From NCBI GenBank assembly GCA_030704615.1, contig CM060731.1:13764001-13828000 (forward strand): DNA of 64,000 nt, written 5' to 3'. The position numbers were made by a program, and so were the translations under genes. Below, one piece after another: positions 12,782 through 23,910 of the stretch. Numbering within the stretch: the stretch's first letter is position 1; the number at the start of each line of letters is the position of its first letter. Source of the stretch: Takakia lepidozioides (taxonomy: Eukaryota > Plantae > Bryophyta). The notes below the pieces were generated by a model that saw only the letters and a list, made by a program, of their open reading frames with translations, did no database searches and was not told the origin of the DNA.

Positions 12782-12919
12782 ACTTTTGCTGCAAAAAAAC
12801 AAGGAAAGGGTATTGATCAATCAAGCTCTGTCAATCTGGTAAGGGAGGGTATTTGGAAGGATAAGGGTGCAGGAAGGAAAGAGGCTACTGCAATCAGCAA
12901 CAAGGAAAGGGAGCATCTG

Positions 12920-14746
12920 ATGCCCTCTTGTCCCACCATCCATGTGATTACCCAAGGATCTCGTGCTCGTGATAAGGAGCTGAGCGAGGTACATCCAGCC
13001 TGTGAACTTGTGGAAGAGAGATCGAACAATGAAAAGGGAAGCTTGCAGGAGACACCATTCCTTCAAGACTTGACAAGCACTCCAACTACAAGAAGAACGC
13101 GGGTGACTTCCTCATCAGAATGCCCAGCCAAGGAAAACATGGGGGATGAGTGTTCCACTAAGACGTTTTGTTCTTCAGACAGTAATGGAACAAGTGGTTC
13201 AGAACCAGACACTTCTTCTTGCAACAAGATTGATGAAGGGGACTGGGTACCATGGACCGCACCCACCAAAGCTACTCAGATGTCATTATTACGTGAGGCT
13301 GAAAGATGGGGGAAAAGCTCTCTCATCAGCTCTGACCAGCATACAGCAGCTGTTAAGGAGGAAAGGCAACCTGATGTGCTTGATGATGTGGAAGTCATGC
13401 ACCTCTTATGTTTTGGAGAAGTCAATGACTACCTGACAAAAGAGGAGAGCACGAGAGCCAAGAGGCGGGCAAGGCAGTACTCCTATCTCAAAGGTGAGGT
13501 CTACTTTGATGGAAGGGTAGTTCCACCAAGAACTGACAGAGGGGCAATAATCACTGAAGTACATGAAGCCACTGGCCACTTTGGAGTCAGAAGAACTCAA
13601 GAGGAGATATGCCGACGTTATTTCTGGCATGATAGAACAAAACTCATCAGGAAAGTTCTCAAGGGCTGTGGTAAATGTCAGATGGCCAAACAGAACGGAG
13701 TGTTGCGCTCAGGTAGCTCAAAACTTCACAGCATTCCAGTAGTAGATCTGTTTTTCAGAGTTGCAATTGACACGGCAGGACCATTACCTATAACCAGCAG
13801 GGGCAATCAGTACTTTCTGGTGGCAATCGATCACTTCTCAAAATGGATAGAAGCTGCACCAGTGGCAGATCATACAACAGCCCTTGCTGCCCGCTTTCTT
13901 GAGGAAGAAGTAATTGACAGGTATAGCTGCCCACATACGTTGCTCACTGACAATGGCACAGAGTGGGGAGGTGAGTTTGAAAATACATGCCACGAATACG
14001 GTATAAAGAGGGAGCATAGCGCCCCCTACTGGCCTCAGTGTAACGGTATGGTGGAAAGGGTCATTAAGTCTCTCAAACAGAGCATCACCACCCTAGGAGT
14101 TGGAAACGACACTGAATGGGATCAGAATCTCTATAAGGCCCTGTTTGGTTACAGAATGGGTGTCCATGCTTCCACTGGATTCTCACCTTTTCAGGTACTT
14201 ACTGGTAGAATTCCAAGGCTGGGAATTGACAACAGGTTGCATTTTCTTACAACACCAGTAAATTCTGATGGATCTGTAGCAGAGGTCACACTTATGATGC
14301 AGCAGAAAATCCAGCTTCTCACAGAGATGAAGGCAAAGCTGCGAAAAAGTGTGAAGAAAGGGCAGCGGCAGCAGGCAAGGGATTATGAAAGGAGGCATCA
14401 AACTGGGCATACCTACTGCAAGTTGATGGAAAACAGCAAGGTTATGATGTTGAGGCCTGGAAAGAGATCTTCCATGACATCTCCATGGGAGGGACCTTAT
14501 GACTTTTTGGGGTACAAAGATGCAGGAAACACCACAAGGACAGGGGAAGCTGCACGCAGATGCAGGCTAAGAGATGGGGCAAACAAGGAATGGACAAGAA
14601 GTAGGAGGGACTTGAAACCCTTCTTACCACCAGTGTGTGATCAGCCAGTGAAGGTGGTCAGTGAGGACCCTGAGCAGCCGAAGCTCCAAGTTGGCCCGGC
14701 GGCCAGGTTGGGAGTCAGGCGCGCGCATCAAAGCGAGTATCTATGA
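12920..14746 (+). CDS. Integrase of element B; same frame as Gag-Pol; last ~25 codons read into a foreign LTR
   Basis: HEATGH..CGKC zinc motif, IDTAGPLP, TDNGTEW, NGMVERV (DDE) and WEGPY (GPY/F) motif. Confidence 0.9.
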   Translation: MPSCPTIHVITQGSRARDKELSEVHPACELVEERSNNEKGSLQETPFLQDLTSTPTTRRTRVTSSSECPAKENMGDECSTKTFCSSDSNGTSGSEPDTSSCNKIDEGDWVPWTAPTKATQMSLLREAERWGKSSLISSDQHTAAVKEERQPDVLDDVEVMHLLCFGEVNDYLTKEESTRAKRRARQYSYLKGEVYFDGRVVPPRTDRGAIITEVHEATGHFGVRRTQEEICRRYFWHDRTKLIRKVLKGCGKCQMAKQNGVLRSGSSKLHSIPVVDLFFRVAIDTAGPLPITSRGNQYFLVAIDHFSKWIEAAPVADHTTALAARFLEEEVIDRYSCPHTLLTDNGTEWGGEFENTCHEYGIKREHSAPYWPQCNGMVERVIKSLKQSITTLGVGNDTEWDQNLYKALFGYRMGVHASTGFSPFQVLTGRIPRLGIDNRLHFLTTPVNSDGSVAEVTLMMQQKIQLLTEMKAKLRKSVKKGQRQQARDYERRHQTGHTYCKLMENSKVMMLRPGKRSSMTSPWEGPYDFLGYKDAGNTTRTGEAARRCRLRDGANKEWTRSRRDLKPFLPPVCDQPVKVVSEDPEQPKLQVGPAARLGVRRAHQSEYL

Positions 14747-14784
14747 CGTGAAGGGGAGCTTACCGAAGGGAGGTGCGCGACACT

Positions 14785-14796
14785 TGGTATCAGAGC
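14785..14796 (+). promoter_or_regulatory. PBS (tRNA-iMet) of chromovirus copy 1
   Basis: TGGTATCAGAGC 2 nt after the LTR-terminal CA. Confidence 0.9.
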
Positions 14797-14837
14797 ATAG
14801 AGTTCAGTACGCGATCGTCCTTGGGATTGGCCTCATC

Positions 14838-17800
14838 ATGGGGTCGGGCAAGCCGAAGCGAAAGCGGAACGGCCCAAAAGATGATGATCCTGGTGAGCCC
14901 GATGGGGGCGACGTGTCACCGAAGCAGCCGTTTGAGGAAGCGAATGTTTCCGAAAACGAGGTCGCTCAAGAGCGGGAGGAATCCGAGGAGTCGGAGCCCG
15001 AGGAATCCTTGAGAGCTCCGACAAACCAAGAGATGCCTCCCATGCCGGCAGCCTTTTGGGAAGGGTTGTTGGCGCAGTTTGGCGGGACGTTGAAAGACGT
15101 GTTGAAGGCGGCTAATGTCACTTCCACTAAGGCAAAGTTTAAGGTGAAGCCTAAGGAACCCGGCACCTTCGAGGGCGTCCGAAATCGGAAGGCACTCAAC
15201 ACCTGGCTCTTGGAGCTAGAGCAGTACTTCCGGGCGGCCAAGTTGAGTGACGAGGATCGGGTGGAAGTGGCTCCCACCTATTTGAGGGCTATGCTCAACA
15301 ATGGTGGCAGAAACGCCTTCACGACCGAGGCCCAAGCCCGGAAACCTTGAACTGGAGTGGGTTCAAGGAATTGATGAAGAGACAGTTTGTGCCCCTCAAC
15401 GCGTCCTGGCTTGCCCGGAACAAGATGAGGAATTTGAAGCAAATAGATGACATTCGGGGGTATGTCCAGGCTTTCAATGTGCTGTTGCTCGAAGTCGCGG
15501 ACATGGCAGAACCAGAAATGGTCTTCAACTTTGTGGCGGGACTGGCTCCATGGGCCAGGCGGAAGTTGGAGGAGAAGCCACCCAAGACTTTGAACGAGGC
15601 AATTGAGAGGGCTGAATGTTTCTCGGATGTCCCTAGGGGTGAGAGACAAGGCCGTACGGAGCTGAACCACAAGAAGACCCGGCGGGAAGGTGACTCCTTC
15701 CGACCGGAAAAGAAGTGGGATAGGCCACGCGGCGACAATGGCACGTGGAAATCGAAGGGAGGGCCTTCACACGTCAAGGCGGCACCCGGTGCTTCAAAAG
15801 GAAAAGCGGGTGGAGCGGCTTATGGCGGACAGAAGGCGACCTTTGATGGAGTGTGTTTCAATTGCGAGGAGCCCGGGCATATGGCCAAGAAGTGCACGAA
15901 GCCCCGGCAATTGAACATGACTCGGGCGACCACGGAGCTGTCGGAAGATACCATCAGTCGCTTGGTGGAAGCGGTGGTCGCCAGGACTTGCAAGGTAGGC
16001 AAATTTTCTTGTGAGTTGTATCAGGAAACTGGCGCCTTACGAAAAGGGAGTCAGTTATTGTTCGTGGATGGGATAATATCCGGAACTAATGTGTCGTTGT
16101 TGGTGGACACAGGAGCGTCGCACTCCTTCATGACACCGGCAACGGCACAAAAGCTGGGACTCCCGACAAGTGACGTGGGGGCCTCTATTGAGGTGCGTTC
16201 TGCCAAAGGAGAACCGCAATTGGCGACAAGGTTGGCATTTGATGTTCCTCTTCAACTGGGGAGTTGGGAGGGACGTGAGAACTTCACCATCTGCGAGATC
16301 GATGGAGTGGATCTCATTTTGGGGATGACCTTTTTGAGCAAATCCGGAGCGGTCATAGATGGCCGCAAGAGAGTAGTCACGCTGCCATGTGGGAATGGTG
16401 GCGAGGTTTTACGAGTGTCGGAAACGCCCAAATCCGTGGGAGGGCGAATAAACCTTCTGTCAGCAAGGGAGTGGGCCGTGGAGGAGGCACACGAGCCCCT
16501 GTTTTTGCTTTACATTAGAGAAGTGAAGGGAGAAGGCGATGGGGAGTCGAGCCCAGATTGGATCAAGGGAATCTTGGAGAAATACCAGGATGTGATGCCG
16601 GAGGATTTACCAAGCGGCCTACCACCGCGAAGAGGAGTTGACCACAAGATTGAGGTGATACCGGGATCGGAACCGCCTGCCAAGGCACCCTACCGGTTGA
16701 GCCACAGGGAGTTGGTCGAGCTGAAGACTCAGCTCAAGGATCTAATGTCAAAGGGGTACATCCGGCCGAGTAAGTCACCTTATGGAGCCCCGGTGCTATT
16801 CGCAGACAAGAAGGATGGGACGCTGCGGATGTGTGTCGATTATAGGGCTTTGAATAAGGTGACTATTAAAAACCGGTACCCTTTGCCAAGGATCGACGAC
16901 CTTTTCGACCGGTTGGCAGGAGCAAAGTATTTCAGCCGGATCGACTTGCGCTCCGGCTATCATCAAATTCGGGTGGCGGAAGGAGATGAGGAGAAGACCG
17001 CATTCAGGACAAGGTATGGTTCATATGAGTTCTTGGTGATGCCTTTTGGGCTCACTAATGCACCGGCGACCTTTAGCACACTGATGAACAACCTTTTTCA
17101 GGAGTGGTTGGATGACTTTGTGATCGTGTACATCGACGACATCTTGGTGTACTCGAAAACAAAGGAGGAACACTTGGAGCACCTCAAAAGGGTGTTCCAA
17201 AAGTTGCGGGAAGGGAAGCTGTACGCCAAAGCTTCAAAATGCGAATTCGGGGTCACGAAAGTGGAGTTCTTGGGACATGTGATTACACAGGATGGGATCA
17301 AAATGGATGACAGAAAGGTGAGGGCGATCTTGGACTGGGAGCCTCCGACTTTGGTCCCGGGAGTGCGATCCTTCCTAGGACTCGCCTCCTATTACCGGAA
17401 GTTTGTGAGAAATTTCACCAAGATCGTGGGGCCGCTGTCGGACCTTCTGTGTAAATCCAAAGTCTGGGTATGGAACACATTTTGTGGCCAAGCTTTTGCT
17501 GAATTGAAGCAGCGGATGGCGGAAGCTCCAGTCTTGAAAATCCCGGAGTTCGATCGTCCATTTGAGATTCATACAGATGCGTCGGACTTCGCGATTGGGG
17601 GTGTACTTATGCAAGATGAACGTCCAGTGGCTTACGAAAGTAAGAAACTGAATGAAGTGGAGCGACGGTGGCCGACGCACGAAAAAGAGATGAAGGCGGT
17701 GGTGCACTGTCTTGAGCTTTGGCGCCACTATGTTGGTTCCAACCCAGTGAAGGTGTTCACGGACAATGTCACGGTGAAGTATTTTGCCACGCAGCCCAAG

Positions 17801-19329
17801 TTGTCCCCAAAACAACTTAGGTGGCAAGATACTTTGGCGGTGTTCGACGTGGATATCCAGTACAAAACTGGGACGAGACAACGTGGTGGCCGATGCTTTA
17901 AGTAGAAAGCAGCAGCTCTTGTTGGTGTACAAGGGCGAGACGACGCTCCAAAGGAAGATCCGGAAGGCTTGCCGGAAGGATGAGCTGGCAAAGTCCGTGA
18001 TGCAGGACTTGAGATGGGGGTTAAATCGCAGTTCCACTTGCAAAATGGGTTGCTCCGGTATAAGCAAAAGCGTCTCTACGTGCCGAAGGGAGGGATCAGA
18101 GATAGCCTCTTGAGAGAATGCCATGATAGCCCGCTTGCGGGCCACGGCGGAGCCAAGCGCACTGCGGCACTCTTGAAGAAAGAGTATTTCTGGCCCAAAC
18201 TGAGGGAGGAGGCAGAGGAGTATGTCAAGACATGCACCACATGCCAACAAAACCGGAGCGAGTACAAAAAGCAAGCGGGGCTGTTACAACCCTTGCCGAT
18301 TCCAGAGGGGACTTGGGAAAGCGTCTCGATGGATTTCATGACTGCTATGCCGCTGTCAAAAGGATTCGATGCAATCATGGTGGTGGTAGATAGGTTCAGT
18401 AAAATGGGCCATTTCATCCCCACCAAGGAGACGGCAACGGCGCAGGAGACAGGGCGACTTTACTTCGCCCACGTCTTAAAGCATCATGGAGTCCCGAAGG
18501 ATATTGTCTCGGACCGCGATCCAAAGTTTACGAGTAAATTCTAGAGGACACTTTGGAAGAAGATGGGGACGAGGCTGAAGATGAGCACCGCCTTCCGACC
18601 TACGACCGATGGCCAAACAGAAAGGGTGAATTCCGTAGTGAAGCAGATCTTGCGGAATTACGTGTCGGCAGACCAACAGACTGGGTGGAACACTTAGACG
18701 CGACAGAGTTCTGTTATAATAACACAGAACACTCCGCAACGGGAGTTTCCCCTTTCATATTGGTCTATGGAAAAGCACCTCTGGTGCCGACAAGTTGGGC
18801 CGCCCAGGACGTTGAGGAACCGGCAATAGTGGCAGTATTGGAAGAACGCGAGCGTTTGTTGAAGCTCGCAAAGTACAACATTGCCAAAGCTAGGAAACGG
18901 TATGAAAGGCAGGCGAATCGGAAGCGGAGGGAAGTGAAGTTTGAGGCAGGCACGGAGGTCTGGTTGAACATCAAGAATTTCCGACTACCTCCGGAAGTGA
19001 GTCCGAAGTTCGTACCTCCGTATGCGGGACCCTTTCGCATTCGGAAGGTTATGAATGAGGATGTGTATGAATTGGAGCTACCGGCAAACAGCAAGGTGCA
19101 CCCAGTATTCCATGTCTCCCTTTTGAAGCCTTACTTCAAAGATGAAGCGCGTCCGAATCGGCATCAAGTGTTGCGTCCGCCACCTATGCTGTTGGATCAT
19201 GAAAATGAACCTGAGTACGAGGTGGAGGCAATACTTAAGTCGATGAGGTTCAAGAACCGAGAAACGGAGTATCTCGTCAAATGGAAGGGCTATCATCATG
19301 TGGAGGCATCTTGGGTGCGTGCCTCATAA
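14838..19329 (+). pseudogene. Chromovirus gag-pol (gag-PR-RT-RH-INT-chromodomain), several frameshifts and stops
   Basis: ORFs 14661-15350, 15347-17905 ([29 protein letters not shown]), 18014-18544 (SMDF, SDRD) and 18553-19329 (YAGPF, chromodomain). Confidence 0.9.
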
Positions 19330-20300
19330 ATGGGAAACGCATCCGAGGCGGTCGTAGCTTTCGAAGGGCGACCTCAAAAGCGGAAGAAGCGTTGATGGGG
19401 ACATCAACCTTGGAGCGTGGGGGAGGAAATGCATGCTTAGCCCGGCTTAGCTAGCTTAGGAATCCGATTGCAAAAACTTGTATTGTACAAAACGTGCTAT
19501 AAATGAAACGGATTCCAAATGTTGTGCGTCCTATTTTGTTTGGAATGGTGATGCATGGTATGGTTGGCTAGTGTGTAGAATGCATGCTAGCTTATAAAAG
19601 TGGGAGAGGTAAATTGGGTTAATCGTGTGTTTGCGTAGTGCCGAAATCGGGTGACCCCCATCCAAGGGGCAAGGAAACTTGCGCCTTCTTTGGGAGTTCA
19701 CGTGCTAGTGCGCACCTGGCGCGTGCGCGTACTATAACTGCGCTACCGAGGGGGTTGCCTTGTAGTGCGGGCTAACGCGGAAGCCACGTGCTTCCGTTCA
19801 CGTATTATAATCGTGTAGCCTCGGGACGAAGTCGTAGTGCGGCTTCGGCGTGTTCCCGTACCTCAAGCCAGCATTCCAAGGTGGACCCAATTGTAGTGAT
19901 TGGTGCGCACGGTTGGTTCAAAGTTATCTTCCTAGTCAAAGAGGGTTCCAGGTGAACCCTTGCTCAAGGTGATGCCAAAAGCGGCATCATGAGCGGTCAC
20001 AAGCAATGTTGTTGCAGTAAGGCGATTCGATCCTCGGGGAGGATCGTTCCTTGGCCTTGAAGTAGGCCAAGAAGAGTGCACTGGGAGGAGCTGGAGAGGC
20101 TCCACCCTTGGCCGGGACTTGGAGGAAGTCGGCCGAACTAGCTAGTGGAGAGTAGAGTCAAGTGTGGGGTTTGGTTCTTTGCCATGGGACGCCATGGTGC
20201 GGAAACAAACTCCTTGATGTGGGACGCCACAACTTGGATGTTCGTTTCTACAAAATGGACAAGTCGATGAGGACATCGACTCCCTGTTGGTAGGGGTGTG

Positions 20301-21024
20301 TGTCGCGGCCCTTTGCTTTGAGGGCAGGGGGTCGGGACACATGAGGGGCTGCCCCTGTGGTGGGGGCAGCGGCAGCGGTAGGTATGGGGGGGCTGAAGCA
20401 CCCTTGAGTGCCCAAGGCACTGAAGGAGGCGGAGGCGCTCACTAGGTGGAGCCCCGCACACCGGGTTGCGGTGGGGGTGGCTCCACAAGGGTGGTGGTAG
20501 CTTAGCGGGACTTAGTGGGGGGGCATAGGACTCACCATGGGGGCGGAGACCTCGTGGTGGGAGTCGTGGGGAGTCTTGGGACTCATCACGGTCCATAGGG
20601 GCCGTGATGAGTGGGCCAAGACTCACCGCGACTCATCACCGGGAGTCGAGGGTTTTCGTGGTAGTTCGCCATAAAATGGCATGGCTGGTTGTGAAACCCC
20701 CACGGACAGCTACAGAAGTATATATAGGGAGTAGTAACCCCGAGAACGGTGCAAGCCCGTTGGTGACCAAAAACTAGTGAGTAAGCGAGCGAGCCGGAAA
20801 GCGACCAAAGAGTGGGGAGCTGTTCCGGACTGCCATCTACCAAAGGGAATTCCATTAGTCCCGAATAGGTGGAGGGTTTAGTGGGGAGCGAAGGGGGACC
20901 GTTATGTCCCGGTGAGCAGCCGAAGCTCCAAGTTGGCCCGGCGGCCAGGTTGGGAGTCAGGCGCGCGCATCAAAGCGAGTATCTATGACGTGAAGGGGAG
21001 CTTATCGAAGGGAGGTGCGCGACA
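20301..21024 (+). repeat. 3' LTR of chromovirus copy 1 (724 bp)
   Basis: TGTCGCG...CGCGACA inverted termini; matches the LTRs at 49226-49947 and 55438-56160. Confidence 0.93.
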
Positions 21025-21279
21025 CATTGCCAACCGTCAGCAAGGTTATTGAACTCACTCATTCGCCGACTGAGGTCAGTACACCGACAAGACCGGCAAA
21101 TATTTCTGCACATCCCCAACCCCCCAGAATTCCGGATAGTCCTGTGTCAAGGAAACGGCGCAGATCACAGCAGTCAGCGACGGTCGTGTCCGACGATGAA
21201 AAAACAGCATCTGGCGTTCTGTTATCCCTTCAACATTCACCTACCTCCGGTGGTAACCCGCCTCAGAATCGGAGGGTAA

Positions 21280-21560
21280 ATCTAGATATTAAGAGTATTC
21301 TCGTAAAATTTAGTGGGAAAGAATTTGCTAGGCAGGGGCAAATTCTACTGGTCGACGATGACCCTTCCAAGGCACTCTGAAACCCAGTGAATACTGGAGT
21401 CTTCCCCATCACATTCAAGGAATCAAGCAATTTGGAGGATTTGGTTGATCTCACCAAAGCTTTGTGGCCTTTTCTCTCTGGCTTGATTGGAGCCCAGTCT
21501 GTTGTTGATTACGTCGGCAAGAATTCTTGCAAATCTTCCTGCCCTCCGATAGGTCGAAAT
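21280..21560 (+). pseudogene. FCP1/NIF-like HAD phosphatase C-terminal fragment
   Basis: ILLVDDDPSKAL*NPVNTGVFPITF...LWPFLSGLIGAQSVVDYV resembles the plant FCP1-homology motif TLLxDDSPxKAxxNPxxTAIFP; contains an in-frame stop. Confidence 0.5.
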
Positions 21561-23099
21561 CACGTCTACTGGTTCTGGTTTGGAAGATTTATTGATGCTT
21601 CTGTTTAGCACCCCCCTCAAAAAGATCCCGATTATCTGGGTACGTAGTTTAACATTGCCCTATTTTGTGTGTAGTCCATCAGCTTTACTTCAACCTCCAT
21701 TTGTACTTTTTCGTTTGTTGACTTTACATGACTTTTGTGAGATCAATGATATTTCAATGATCTTTGTATTTTCTTTAACAATTCCCTTTTGTGCTGCCTC
21801 CACGCAGTTATATTCCAATGTCAAGTTCAGAATCAAATTCGCGACCGCGAGGCTTTACGTTTGTCAAGGTCATCAAGTACAGCTACCAGTGAGGTGTCTG
21901 GTCATATCTTACATCAATCTCCCACTGTATCCATCTCCTCGGGTGCACAGAATTCCGCCATCAGTGGTAACCGATGGCGATCTCGAACATATGCGTTGAG
22001 TGTGAGCCGTTTGGGAAGCAACTTTGTGTTATTGATGAATTAAACTATGGCCGACCTGTTCATTACACACATACGTTATTTAACTCTGTCAATGTTATGC
22101 TAGATCTTTTCGGCTGTAATGTTAGTCATCGAAGTTTGAGAGAAATCACGCTCGATCGCGCGTGGTTCCTTCATATATCCTCTTGTGGAGCTAGCATGGA
22201 TCAGCAGTGCCATCAGATGTTATCAAAACAAGTTGACTTCATTCACTAGAAGCATTTGTGTCTTTTCCGAATCGACTGCATGTCCAAAACCACTGAGGGA
22301 ACAACTTTGAGATGTTTGTTACTACTGTACAGTCGTAACGGATAAATTCGCATTTCTAATGGCGGATAGAAGTTGCATCAATGACTCCGCAGTCGGCGCA
22401 ATATTCGCGGCGATTTAATTCAATTACGTAAATTGTTTTTTTTTAAAAACAGCAATTACAAGTGGTTTTAAGCACTAGAGAACGACTCTTAACAACTAGG
22501 CATTCATTGCACACCCTATTCAAAAATGGAATTTTTATAAGTGCTCCACATGGATCATGACGTGGAATATTTTACTGTATTTTAGGGCTTGTGTGGCTCG
22601 TAGAGATTGTTCTAATCGTCGGATGTAAAATGATCTAAGGGTGGAAGAGTAACTTTGTCCTTTGCCTGAATTTGTCTAAGTGTTGGGAGAGGGATGGAGG
22701 CTTGAGAGAGAGACGAGCAAGTGATGCGAGAAGGACGAAGACCAAATCGAGGCCCATGTCCTGTTGTTGCAAGCGTTTATGGCGTCAAGGGCGCATTATG
22801 TGCAAATGTGGGCTCTTGGCTCCCCTTTGTACCATGATTTGGTATTCTTCCTGATGATCACAAGGTTCTTGGGGGAATCACTTTGGTCTTAGCAGCCCAT
22901 ATTTTAATCTCTGCCCGCTCAGCTGCACCGTGGTGGTTCTTACGAACCAATCCCACATTACCTGACTACAGATACAAGCAGCACGCACAAGAGGTCTTCT
23001 TGGGTTCATGGTCAGTCTAATCCGCAATGGGTCATGACACAAGGTAGAGGACAATGTGGTGAGGGCACCTTCTTCTTCGAGCTATTTCAGCCTGTTTTG

Positions 23100-23910
23100 C
23101 CGAGATGTAGTGTCGTGGAGTGCGATGCTTGCAGGGTATGCATAGCAAGGACGTGGGATGGAGGCTTTGGAGACCTATGAAGTTGCGAAGGGAGAGTTTG
23201 ATAACATGGCTGAACGAGATGTTGTCTCAAGGAACACGCTGAATCTTGCAAGATATGGCCAGCATGTGTGCGGGATGAGGGAATTGGAGACATATGAGCA
23301 AATGTTGCGAGAAGGGTGCAGCCTAACCGGGTCACGTTCATTTGTGTTTGCAATGCATGTGCAAACTTGGCAGCCCTGGAGACTTGGTAAAGGGCAAAGA
23401 GGTCCATCGTGACATCGTCAAAGCTGGAACTGTACCAGATGTAACAATACCTCGTCGACATATATGCCATACGTGGGAGCATTCCCTTGTGGACAAGGAG
23501 TGTTCAACAATATGGCTGAGCGAAATGTGGTGTGGTGGAACGTGATGATCGCAGGACATGCACAACATGGGCGGGGATTGCGGGTTTTGGAGACCTATGA
23601 GCAAATGATGTGGGTCTAGGGGGTGAAGCCCGAGCACATTACGTTTGTTTGTGTTTGTAGTGCATGTGCGAGCCTGCTGGAGAAGGGCAAAGAGGTCCAT
23701 GGTTGCATGTCAAAGCTGGAATTGAGGTAGATGTCATTCTGAACATGAATACCCTTCTAGATAGGGAGTGTTCAACAATATGGCTGAGCAAAATGTGGTG
23801 TCGTGGAAAGTGATGATCGCAGGACATGCACAACAGGGGCGGGGATTGCAGGTTTTGGAGATCTATGAGCAGTTGATGTGGGAGGGGGTGAAGTCCGACC
23901 ACATTACGTT
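23100..23910 (+). pseudogene. PLS-class pentatricopeptide repeat (PPR) gene relic
   Basis: Frame-broken repeats DVVSWSAMLAGY, FDNMAERDVV, FNNMAEQNVVSWKVMIAGHAQQGRG, ITFVCVCSACAS, GKEVH. Confidence 0.82.

Larger units (their letters stand above)
8122..14670 (+). mobile_element. Ty3/gypsy element B (no chromodomain seen); 3' end replaced by chromovirus copy 1; the 5' LTR probably lies upstream of 8122 but cannot be delimited
   Basis: PBS followed by a long gag-pol ORF and an in-frame integrase ORF; no partner LTR in the window. Confidence 0.88.
14671..21024 (+). mobile_element. Chromovirus (Ty3/gypsy with chromodomain), copy 1; 5' LTR truncated to ~112 bp
   Basis: LTR tail 14671-14782 ending CGCGACA, PBS 14785-14796, gag-pol, chromodomain EYEVEAIL..YLVKWKGY, 3' LTR 20301-21024. 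Confidence 0.93.

Noticed and set aside
19430-20300. Start of the 3' LTR at the first purine tract (19430)
   Set aside because: The copy 2 TSD and the TGTCGCG/CGCGACA termini show the LTR starts at 20301.
20138-20855. Antisense ORFs in the chromovirus LTR and 3' region
   Set aside because: Frames differ among the three LTR copies; these are GC-rich chance ORFs.
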